From positions 248,124,001 to 248,188,000 of the forward strand of contig CM075977.1 of NCBI GenBank assembly GCA_038087875.1: a DNA stretch of 64,000 nucleotides, given 5' to 3'. Made by a program: the position numbers and the translations under genes. The notes under the pieces are model-generated. The model was not told where the DNA came from. It ran no database searches and worked only from the letters and a program-made list of their open reading frames with translations. Source of the DNA: Malacoraja senta (Eukaryota). Positions within the stretch are counted from its first letter, which is position 1. Every line of letters begins with the position of its first letter. Positions 51,240 to 61,742 of this stretch are shown one piece after another.

Positions 51240-52765
51240 CTTAATGTACAGAGGGATCTAGGGGTCCAAGTGCCTAGCTTCCTGAATGTGGTATTGCAAG
51301 TAGATAGAGGGGTAATGAAAGCATGGTATGCTTGCCTTCGTCAGTCAGGACATTAAGTATAATGGGCCTGTCCCACTTAGGCGACTGCAGGAGACTATGC
51401 AGTTGCCACATGGTCGCCACATGTTTGCAGATGGTTGCCGGGGAGTCGCCTTCATGGTCGTGAGGAGTTCCCACATTCTGGGAACTGGTCGCGGCCTCAT
51501 TATGGTCGCCGAGAATTTTTCAACATGTTGAAAAATTAGCGGCGACTAAAATGAAGCCGCCATGCAGAGTAGCGAGAATTCTTGAGCCGTAGGTGGGTCG
51601 CAAGGAGGTCCTAGTCGCCAGGAGGTCGCCAGGAGGTCACCAGGAGGTCGCCAGGAGGTCGCCAGGAGGTCGAAGGTTCTCTTAGGTTCTCGTAGGTTGC
51701 AGCATGTGCTGACCGGTGAATTTCATTGGCTCATTGGGGAAAAAAAACGTAAGCAGTAGTTTTCAGAACCAAGGATAACCGACCGGTAATGTTAAATGTC
51801 CGCCGAACTTCACAGCTGTATATCTCTGACTGATTAAAAGTTGTCTGGTTTCTTAAAAGTTGTCTCCATCCATCTCCCTCCTTCACCCTGCTCCTCCCCC
51901 CTTCTCCTCCCCCTCTTTTAAAGGACTTACCGTACACTGTGCTAGCCGTCTTAATTACAGCGCCAACCTTCCTGTTCATCGCGGTGTGTGTCTGTATCAC
52001 CTTGGCTTTGCACCGTGTGAATTTCAGACAGCGCTCCCCCCGCTAGCCCTGGCCCCCGCCTTTGCGATGTGTTTGTGTGTGTGTGTTCCACTCTGACAGT
52101 CACCATTCCAGTTCCCAGTTTTTCAGGCGACTGCCGGCAACTTGACAGTCGCCGGCAGTCTGCTGAAAAATCGCCTAAGTGGGACAGGCCCATAAGGGTA
52201 AGGAAGTCATTTTGCAACTTTGTGGGACCTTGGTTAGGGTGCATTCGGAATATTGAGTGCAATTCAGGTCGCCACATTACAAGAAGAATGCAAAGGTTTT
52301 GGAGAGGGTGCAGAAGAGGTTTACAGAATGCTGCCTGGATTAGAGGGAATTACCTATAAGTAGAGGTTGGACAAACTTGTATTGTTTTCTCTGGAGTGTT
52401 GGAGGCTGAGGAAAGACCTGAAAGAAGTATATAAAATTAAGAGAGGCATAGATAAGTCAGACCCTTTTTCTTATGGAGGAAATATCAAAGACGAGAGGGC
52501 ATAGCTTTAAGGTGAAAAGGTAAAAAATTAATGGAGGGGCACTTGTTTTCTACAGAGAGTGGTGGGTGCCTGAAACATGCGCCAAGGGTGGTGGTGAAGG
52601 CAGGTACAATAGTTGCATTTTGGAGGCTTGTATCGAGGCACATGGGTATGAAGGGAATGGATCACGTGCAGGCAGAGGAAATTAGTTTAACCTTTCATCG
52701 TGTTCAGCACAGACATTGTAGGCCGAAGGGCCTTCTCCTGTGCTGTACTGTTCTATATTTGTTCT
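51240..52765 (+). mobile_element. Older CR1 3' fragment interrupted by a MITE
   Basis: MLAFVSQDIKY|..LERVQKRFTRMLPGL-like sequence; 3'UTR ggccgaagggcc. Confidence 0.8.
51363..52192. mobile_element. PIF/Harbinger-type MITE with TAA TSD
   Basis: Perfect 22-bp TIR tgggcctgtcccacttaggcga; TAA at 51360-62 and 52193-95; internal (gtcgccaggag)n array. Confidence 0.9.
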
Positions 52766-53554
52766 ATGATCCAATGCCTTGCATCCATAGGTACTACAAG
52801 AAGTTTCTGTAGATAGAGTGGTGCACTGTTTATAATCTTTCAAATTTCCTTCGAATCTGTAAATTTGGAGATAACAAATTTCATCCACCTTTATGGGATA
52901 ACTAAAAATACTAAACTATAGGTGCATTAGCCTGAAATATGTCACTTGAAAAGCACCACAGTTTAAAAATTATAACATAATCAGGCAGAGTCAAAATAAT
53001 TTAATGAAAGAAAAATAGTATTTGGCAAATTTACTAGAGGTCTTTAAGAATCTAATGAGCAGGCTGAATAGAGGATGTCAGTTAATTGGGTGTATTTGGA
53101 TTTCCAGAAGGCATATTTTCCATATAAAAGATCACAACACATGGTAATCCCATGTGGCATTGAGGCTAATATATTAGTATGAAAAATAGTTCACTAGCAC
53201 AGAGAGTGAGGATAAATGGATCCTTTTCAAGTTGGCAAGCTATAACTAGTCAGGTACCAAAGGTATCAGTGCCAGCTACAGTACTTACCATCTGTGTTAA
53301 TGACTTAGATGAAGGGACCAAGTATACTGTCGCCACATTTGTTGATGATACAATAGGTGGGTTAGCAAATTGTGAGGAGAAATAAAACAATCTGCAAAAG
53401 AATATAGATAGGTTAAGCAAATGGGGGAAAAGATTATTTGTTGGTGTGCAACATGTAGATTAGTCCACTTTGGTAGAAAGAATGAAAAAAAAACATAGTA
53501 CTATTTAAATGAAGAGGTACGGAACACTGCTCAGAGAGGGCTCTGAGTCCCTAC

Positions 53555-54338
53555 ATATGTTAAATGCAGAAATACAAAGGGTAATTGAGATAATAAATGG
53601 AATGTATAGCAAAGCACATGAAATTTCAAAGTAGAGCTGTTTTGCCAAAACTGAATGAAGTATTAATAGTTCTGGTCTCATTTAAGGAGGAGACAGTTCA
53701 GAGAAGGGCTACTAGATTCCTGGGATATAGACATGAGAAAAGGTTGAACAGGTTGGACTTGTATTCAACGGAGCTCAGGAGAATGAGCATTTTTACCAAA
53801 ACACACAAAATTCACACAGAATGATTTCCGAATTGGGAGATTAGTTTCAGAATAAGGAATAATGGATAACCCATTTAAGATGTAGATGAGAAGGAACTTC
53901 TCCTATCAGAGGGAGGAGAATATTTTATGTTCTGCACCCGGAAAGATGCAATGGGGTATTATAATAATGAATGATAATGGATGGGATTTATATAGCGCCT
54001 TTCTAATACTCAAGGCGCTTTACATCGCATTATTCATTCACTCCTCAGTCACACTCGGTGGTGGTAAGCTACTTCTGTAGCCACAGCTGCCCTGGGGCAG
54101 ACTGACGGAAGCGTGGCTGCTAATTTGCGCCTACGGCCCCTCCGACCACCACCAATCACTCACACACATTCACACACATTCACACACATTCACACACATT
54201 CACACGCAGGCAAAGGTATACTCATTATACTCAATGATACGGGGTATTATACTCAATTAATATAAATAGAGCTGAGATATGAAAGAATTTTGATCTATGA
54301 GGGAGTCAAGGTTTATAGGAAAGAGATATAAAAGTGTA
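53555..54338 (+). repeat. Left copy of 784-bp direct duplication
   Basis: Matches 56795-57578 at offset 3240; I see two mismatches (54101 a/g, 54300 a/t). Confidence 0.95.
53958..54217 (-). mobile_element. 5'-truncated copy of the AFC-like SINE (duplicated at 57198-57457)
   Basis: Reverse complement of about 41605-41830 with an expanded (cacacatt)n tract. Confidence 0.9.
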
Positions 54339-56334
54339 TCAAGAATTATCAATTATTTCGCTGGATGCTGAAAAAGCATTTGATCAAGTAGAATGGAATT
54401 ATATGGATAAAGTATTACAAAAATTTCAACTGGGAGAGAATTTTATTTTATGGATTAAGTTACTATATAACAAACCTACAGCTAGAATACTTACTAATAA
54501 CATATTATCCTCGAAATTTCAACTATCAAGGGGAAATAGACAAGGATGCTCATTATCACCACAGCTGTTTGCTCTCATTATTGAACCGCTAGCAGAAAAA
54601 ATTAGAATACACCCTGATATTCATGGACATAATACTAAAGACTCATATAATAAAATATCTTTATACGCGGATGATATATTATTGTATATTACAAAACCTC
54701 AAATCACTATACCAAATATATTAAATTTAATTGAAGACTTCGGATCTTTTTCTGGACATAGAATAAATTGGAATAAAAGTGAAATTATGTCAATAAAACC
54801 GAAAGATTCAACACATCTTTTAAAATTCCATTTTAAAATAGCTACAGAAAAATTTAAATATTTGGGAATCGAAATTACCAGAACATATCAAGGTATGTTC
54901 AGGGCAAATTTTGACCCCCTACTTAATAAACTAAATACATTAATTAAATTCTGGAAAACGCTCCCGATGTCTTTAATAGGCCGAATAAACGCAATAAAAA
55001 TGATCTTTTTACCACAAATTTTATACCTATTTCAATCAATTCCTATATACTTACCTAAGAAGTTTTTTAAAAAACTCGACTCAGATATCACTAATTTTAT
55101 ATGGGACTATAAATCACATAGAATACAAAAAACCCACCTGAATAAACCTAAAGTATTGGGGGGTCTAGCACTACCTAATTTTATGTATTATTATTGGTCA
55201 GTAAATATTAAAAACATGATTCAACTGATGGATAACTCCGCCCAGCAAGTAGACTGGATTGTAATGGAGAAAGAGGATTGCTCCTCTAGAAACATTGGAG
55301 CGATCCTCCTCTCTCCAATGAAACTGAATAACATAAATTATAATAAGAACCCAATTATTCATAGTACAATCCGTATTTGGAAACAAATAAAACAAAATTT
55401 AAAATTAAGAAACTTATCACTTTTATTACCTATAGTCAATAACCCTTCGTTTAGTCCTTCTATTATAGATAAAGCTTATACACAATGGGATAGACTAGGA
55501 ATTAAAACGCTTGGTGACTTGTATGAAACTGGAAAATTACTTTCATTTCAACAATTACAAATAAAATATAAACTCGGAAATAATCAATATTTTAAATATT
55601 TTCAAATATGCGACTATTTGAAAAAATATACAAAAGATCATTATAATAATCCAGTAGATGTATTGGACGAGGCAATGCAGATAAAAGCGGAATCAGCAAA
55701 CTTAATATCATATTTGTATAATATTATTTTAAATGTACAAATACCACCTACGGAGGGTATCAGAAGAGACTGGGAACAAGAGTTAGCTATTAAAATTTCA
55801 AAGGAAAGTTGGAATGAATACTTATTAAACGTGCATAAATGTTCGATTAATGTAAGACACACTTTAATACAATTTAAAATTTTACATAGATTATATTATT
55901 CGAAAACTAAAATTCATAAAATTTTCCCAAACGTATCATCTATTTGTGATAAATGTCAATCCCAAGAAGCAACTATAGCGCACTCATTTGTCTTCTGTAC
56001 AAAAATTCAAAAATTTTGGAATGAAATTTTTGAAATCTTTACAAAGTTATTTAAAACAAGACTGATACCCAAAGCAGAATGGATTATCTTCGGAATAACG
56101 GAAGATGATCCAGAACTAAATGTGTTTCAAAAGAAATTAATGGACTATGGGTTAATAACTGGAAAAAAGCTAATTCTAAAATTTTGGAAGAAGGCTCCAA
56201 TACCAACTATAAATATGTGGATTTCAAATATGTTTGAAACATTACACCTAGAAGAGATAAGACTCCTCCTAGCAGGTAAACCAGATCACTTCCACCTGAC
56301 GTGGTCTGCATTTATAGAATTATTACAAACATAG
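54339..56334 (+). CDS. Partial L1 ORF2 (RT plus C-terminal zinc knuckle); lacks the endonuclease and a true start codon
   Basis: SLDAEKAFDQV, RQGCSLSP, YADD, KYLG, CDKC..H..C; the predicted GTG start lies in flanking DNA. Confidence 0.85.
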
Positions 56335-56794
56335 GGTGCAAAAGTACTTTAAAAAAAATAAAAAATTGAGGTCAGGTAAGGGGGGATGATAGTTGAAGAG
56401 TTGGTATGTCCTATTTACGTGATGCTCAAAAAAAAAACATTTGTTTCTCTTTTTTTCTCTTTCTCTTTTCTTTTCTTAGGGCCTATTTCTTAACTCTTTT
56501 TCTTTTTGTTTTTAATTTCGCTCTTATAGGGTCTTCGTCCTTTTTTGTTGTTACATTTTCTACACTTTTCTACACTTGCACTTTTTCCTTCACTTTCTTC
56601 TTTCTTTCAATCTTTTCCTTTTCTAGTGTAAAAAAATAAATAAAGGGAGTACATTAATTGTAAGAAGATATAAATGACGAGTATTAATGTATGTGGTTGT
56701 AATGTAATGTACTTCTAATAAATAAAAATAAAAAAAATAAAAAAATAAAAATAAAATAAAAATTAAAAAAAAATAAAAAAAAAAATTAAAAAAA
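54339..56794 (+). mobile_element. Young 5'-truncated L1-clade LINE with long A-rich tail
   Basis: Uninterrupted frame to 56334; 3'UTR; AATAAA then A-rich tail at about 56717-56794. Confidence 0.96.
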
Positions 56795-57578
56795 ATATGT
56801 TAAATGCAGAAATACAAAGGGTAATTGAGATAATAAATGGAATGTATAGCAAAGCACATGAAATTTCAAAGTAGAGCTGTTTTGCCAAAACTGAATGAAG
56901 TATTAATAGTTCTGGTCTCATTTAAGGAGGAGACAGTTCAGAGAAGGGCTACTAGATTCCTGGGATATAGACATGAGAAAAGGTTGAACAGGTTGGACTT
57001 GTATTCAACGGAGCTCAGGAGAATGAGCATTTTTACCAAAACACACAAAATTCACACAGAATGATTTCCGAATTGGGAGATTAGTTTCAGAATAAGGAAT
57101 AATGGATAACCCATTTAAGATGTAGATGAGAAGGAACTTCTCCTATCAGAGGGAGGAGAATATTTTATGTTCTGCACCCGGAAAGATGCAATGGGGTATT
57201 ATAATAATGAATGATAATGGATGGGATTTATATAGCGCCTTTCTAATACTCAAGGCGCTTTACATCGCATTATTCATTCACTCCTCAGTCACACTCGGTG
57301 GTGGTAAGCTACTTCTGTAGCCACAGCTGCCCTGGGGCAGGCTGACGGAAGCGTGGCTGCTAATTTGCGCCTACGGCCCCTCCGACCACCACCAATCACT
57401 CACACACATTCACACACATTCACACACATTCACACACATTCACACGCAGGCAAAGGTATACTCATTATACTCAATGATACGGGGTATTATACTCAATTAA
57501 TATAAATAGAGCTGAGATATGAAAGAATTTTGATCTATGTGGGAGTCAAGGTTTATAGGAAAGAGATATAAAAGTGTA
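56795..57578 (+). repeat. Right copy of 784-bp direct duplication
   Basis: Begins directly after the L1 tail; identical ORF calls (53597/56837 and 53886/57126). Confidence 0.95.
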
Positions 57579-58033
57579 GCTGAGACCAAGATCAAAACAA
57601 CCATGATGTTATGGAATGGTGGAGCAGGCTCAAGTAGCCATTCCTGTTCTTTTATGTCCTTATACACTTATTAACTCAGGGGTAAGATAATACCTTCTTT
57701 AGTTGTCAATCAATTCAAATTATTGCACAGAATAAATATTGCATACAGCAAGAATTACAGGGCTCAACAATATCCCAGCTAAGGAACTGATGATATATTC
57801 TGCAGATAAGAACCACGTCTCCAACCAAACTGTTACAGTATGGACACAACAAAGGCTTTTACCCAACAGTATAGAAAATCCACAGCAAGATCACATCCAT
57901 GGGTTGTATACATCCAGTCCAATCACTTTTCATTATATCAGCCTCTGCCAATCAGTAAATTATAACAAGGACGGGTCACACAGCCACCCAGCTCTGTGTC
58001 ATCTGCAAACTTGGAGATGTTACACTTAATTCC

Positions 58034-59005
58034 TATATTAACGATTTAGACGAAGGAATGTAACATATCCAAGTTTGCAGATGACACAAAGCTGGGTGGC
58101 TGAGTGAGCTGCGAGGAGGATGCTATGAGGCTGCAGGGTGACTTGGATAGGTTGGGTGAGTGGGCAGATGCATGGCAGATGCAGTATAATGTGGATAGGT
58201 GTGAGGCTATCCTCTTTAGTGGCAAGAACAAGAAGGCAGATTATTATCCGGATGGTGTCAGATTAGGAAAAGGGGAGGTGCAACAAGACCTGGATGTCCT
58301 TGTATATCAGTCACTGAAAGTAAGCATGAAGGTACAGCCGGCAGTGAAGAAAGCAAATGGCATATTGGCCTTCATGGCAAGAGGATTTGAGTATAGGAGC
58401 AAGGAGGTTCTACTGCAATTGTACAGGGCCCTAGTGAGACCACACCTGGAGTATTAGGTACAGTTTTGATCTCCTAATTCGAGGAAGGACATTCTTGCTA
58501 TTGCGGGAGTGCAGCGTAGGTTCACCAGGTTAATTCCCGGGATGGCGGGACTGACAAATGATGAAAGAATGGATCGACTGGGCTTGTATTCACTGGAATT
58601 TAGAAGGATGAGAGGGGATCTTATAGAAACATATAAGATTCTTAAGAAATTGGACAGGCTAGATGCAGGAAAAATGTTTCCGGTGTTAGGGGAGTCCAGA
58701 ACCAGGGGTCACAGTTTAAGAATAAGGTGTAGAACATTTAGGACCGAGAAGAGGAAAACGTTTGCACCCAGAGAGTTGTGAATCCGTGGAATTCTCTGCC
58801 ACAGAAGGCAGTGGAGGCCAATTCACTGGTTGTTTTCAAGAGAGAGTTGGATATAGCTCTTAGTGCTAACATAATCAAGGGATATGGGGAAAAAGCAGGA
58901 ACGGGGTATTGATTTCGGATGATCAGCCATGATCATATTGAATGGCGGTGCTGGCTCGAAGGGCTGAATGACCTACTCCTGCACCTGTTTTCTATATTTC
59001 TATGT
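58034..59005 (+). mobile_element. CR1 3' fragment with an inverted duplicate at its 5' junction
   Basis: FADDTK, LQGDLDRLGEWA, RPHLEY; tail tttctatatttctatg. Confidence 0.95.
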
Positions 59006-60051
59006 TAAGGGTATTTATAGATAATGTGGTTACTGGTCATGACCTTGGATCCATCAAAGCCATCTGAGTCTGGAACTCATAAAAGCCTTGATACTCATAA
59101 AAGCCTTGATTTAAGCTGGGATAGAACAGTTGAATTCCAGTGGTGGGATGGTGGATGTTCATGACACTGTGGCAGTACTTGAGGAAATGTAGTCCCAAGA
59201 AACCCTCATAAGATGGGGATCAAGTAAATGGCTTTTCCATTGCAAGTCTGAAAAGGATTGTTGTTAGATGTTGATCATCTTAGACTCATCTATGGTGTTC
59301 CTCGGGAAGGTTCCAAGGTCCAACTACATTTAGGACCATCAACAACCTTTCATGTTGTAAGGTCAAACACATGTTTTAAGATGATTTTATTTTATTGTTC
59401 TTTGAAGTTTGCTTAGCTGCACCCTTTCAAGTCATGATATCGTCCTTCCTTTGCAAAACAAGCAGATTTTACTTGATGGTGCTTCCCAAGGGATCCACAC
59501 AGAAGATGTACCTCAAATGGACAAAACAGGGGATCCATCTGGAGTCACTGATGCAGGTGGTCAGCAGGGACGTGCGGTCAGGGGAGGCAGGGGAGGCAAG
59601 CCTCACCTGTCATACTCCCAACGAAAATAGCTGTTAAGGAAAGTAAAGAAAAATAATAATAAAATAAAATAAATATAAAGACTTTTCCACTGATCTGTGT
59701 TATAAATGTCATTTCTATATGAATCTAATCATTTTTTATAGTAAAAATCGCCAAATTTGCGCAGCTCCGCTGCAAATACAGGGAGAGATGAGAGATGAGG
59801 CAGCGACGAGCTGAGCCTGCCCTCTGATTGCGCAACCCCTCAGAAACTGCATGGAGCACGGGCAATAAGCGTGTGCCTGTTACTATCTCTATGTATGTCA
59901 CCAACTTAATTTGTGTAAACCCCTTCATTACATGTCCTCGCCTTCCATAGTCCAGGTAACTTATTTCACATATAAATATATTAAATTTGTGCTCGCTGAT
60001 CTCACATAAAACTGCAATGAAAAAGCACCAGGGGAGGCAGCGATCACATCT

Positions 60052-60070
60052 GCCTCACAAGGGGGCGTGT
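60052..60070 (+). promoter_or_regulatory. CTCF-like motif
   Basis: gcctcacaagggggcgtg in a CpG-enriched unique block. Confidence 0.4.
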
Positions 60071-60095
60071 CTTGAGCCCAGTGGAGGAAGAGCGT

Positions 60096-60132
60096 GCGTC
60101 AATTACACAGGCTCAGCCCACGTAATTGACGC
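60096..60132. repeat. Inverted repeat with perfect 11-bp arms
   Basis: gcgtcaattac ... gtaattgacgc. Confidence 0.9.
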
Positions 60133-60536
60133 TACCTCACTCTCCCTCCACGTTAGCTGGCTTCAGCAGTCGGGGAATGCGGCGGCCCGGGGCTGCTCTT
60201 ATTGTTGTTACCGGTTAGATCCCTCGAATTGTCAGAGCCGAGACATCACTGGGCCGCCGTGAAGAAGGGTGGGATTCTGAGGGAAAGCTGAAATTCACAA
60301 GAGATCTTCAGATGATTGTGGATGCATATTCATCTCTCTGTGACCGCATGATAGTTGGATGCATATTCATCTCTATGTGACCGCACAGTCAAATCAAGTA
60401 GCTCAAGGTCAAAGGTTTGACTGTGAGCCAGTCTTTCACCTGACTTCCTATTTGTGAGTATTTATACTCATTTATTCTGAGCTCCAGATACTAAAAATAT
60501 GCTATGGTGGGAAATTTCAATCAGAAGCTCAATTTA

Positions 60537-60655
60537 GGGGTCCTATCTCAACGTCACCTATCTATGTTCTCCAGAGATGCTGCCCGACTCGCTGAGCTAC
60601 TCCAGCACTTTGTATCTTTTTTGAAAATAAACCAGCATCTGCTGTTCCTTGTGTC
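60537..60655 (+). mobile_element. Decayed Penelope pLTR-derived unit
   Basis: aacgtcacctatc..ccagagatgctgcc..aaccagcatctgc. Confidence 0.75.
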
Positions 60656-61479
60656 TCAGTTTTAAATTGTTCTTAAGCCTCACCAAATACTTAAATACGA
60701 AGTTTCTGACTGTACAGTTTTCAGTTCAATCCAGTTTTGATTTCAGTGAAGCATGATAAAATGCTACTGCTATAAAAGTAGTAGCAATCTGAACGCTGAG
60801 GCAAATCATAAAATTTAAATGGTTTTCTCTGAACATATTAACTCATAAACTGCAATAGGTTGCAATCGACAAAAGTAAGATACAATTCTAAACATTCTTC
60901 AAATAAATTGAGAAAGAATAAGAGTGAATAGAGTGGGAAATTAATTCTGTGAGCTGCTGAAAAAAGAATACGGGATTGACCACTGACAGTAAGTTTAGGA
61001 TACAGTTTAGCTAGAGCCTAAAGATTGCACAAATTGATATTAGAGACCACCTCTACTAGATTTTAATTTTCCTCCTTGCATAGCTCTGGATAAGTGAATG
61101 AAAAGAAACTTATCCAATGAGAAAAAATAGTTTAATGAGATAATCGGTTGGAAAATGGAGAAATAATTTTTTGCTAATTGTCACTATATAATCTATCACA
61201 TTGTAACTAAAATTACAAAATGTTTCTGTATATTTTCATGCTTATTTAAAAATATTCAATCTAAATCTTCTTGAAACATGTTTTTGACCTTACCACAAGA
61301 AAAGCAATTGAAGTGCTGAGCATATTTGAATCGTGAGCCTTCCATGAGCAATCTTGTCCTAGATGATTTGCGACACTGTTCAATCTTTTGGAGTTGGGTT
61401 CCATTAATATTTACTGTAATATATTTTACCTTTAACAACGCAAAAGATGGCCAAATGGCTTGTGAATTCCATGTCACGT

Positions 61480-61742
61480 CCCAAAGCAGTGATCCAATCA
61501 GTCCCATTCCCCTCTCTTTATTTCCCGGTGCCCCTGCAACGTATTTGATTCTTTTTGCTATTAACTTACACTAAGTGTGATTTATAGTGGCTAATTAACC
61601 TACCAGAAAGTTGTTAGGAGGAATCAAGAGAAACCTAGCAGAAAAATAATTAAAATACCAATTCTGCATACTGTACCGGAGGTCAGGATCGAACTGGGCC
61701 TGCTAGAGCTATGTGGCAGCATCAACAACTGTGCCATCATGG
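61480..61742 (-). mobile_element. Decayed HE1-type SINE
   Basis: ggtcaggatcgaactggg..ggcagc..tgtgcca head on the minus strand. Confidence 0.55.

Larger units (their letters stand above)
52960..54338 (+). mobile_element. Old decayed CR1; its 3' end resumes after 57578
   Basis: YLDFQKA-like, QRVRINGSFSSWQAITS, NDLDEG, FVDDT remnants. Confidence 0.8.

Noticed and set aside
51614-51672. Short direct-repeat array as CRISPR-like
   Set aside because: 11-bp tandem units without spacers inside a eukaryotic MITE.
53555-57578. LTR retrotransposon (RT between long direct repeats)
   Set aside because: The RT is L1-type with an A-rich tail; the repeats consist of old CR1 and SINE sequence without TG..CA ends, PBS or PPT.
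59395-59637. Short ORFs after a T-rich acceptor-like tract
   Set aside because: No recognisable protein similarity; insufficient evidence for a host exon.
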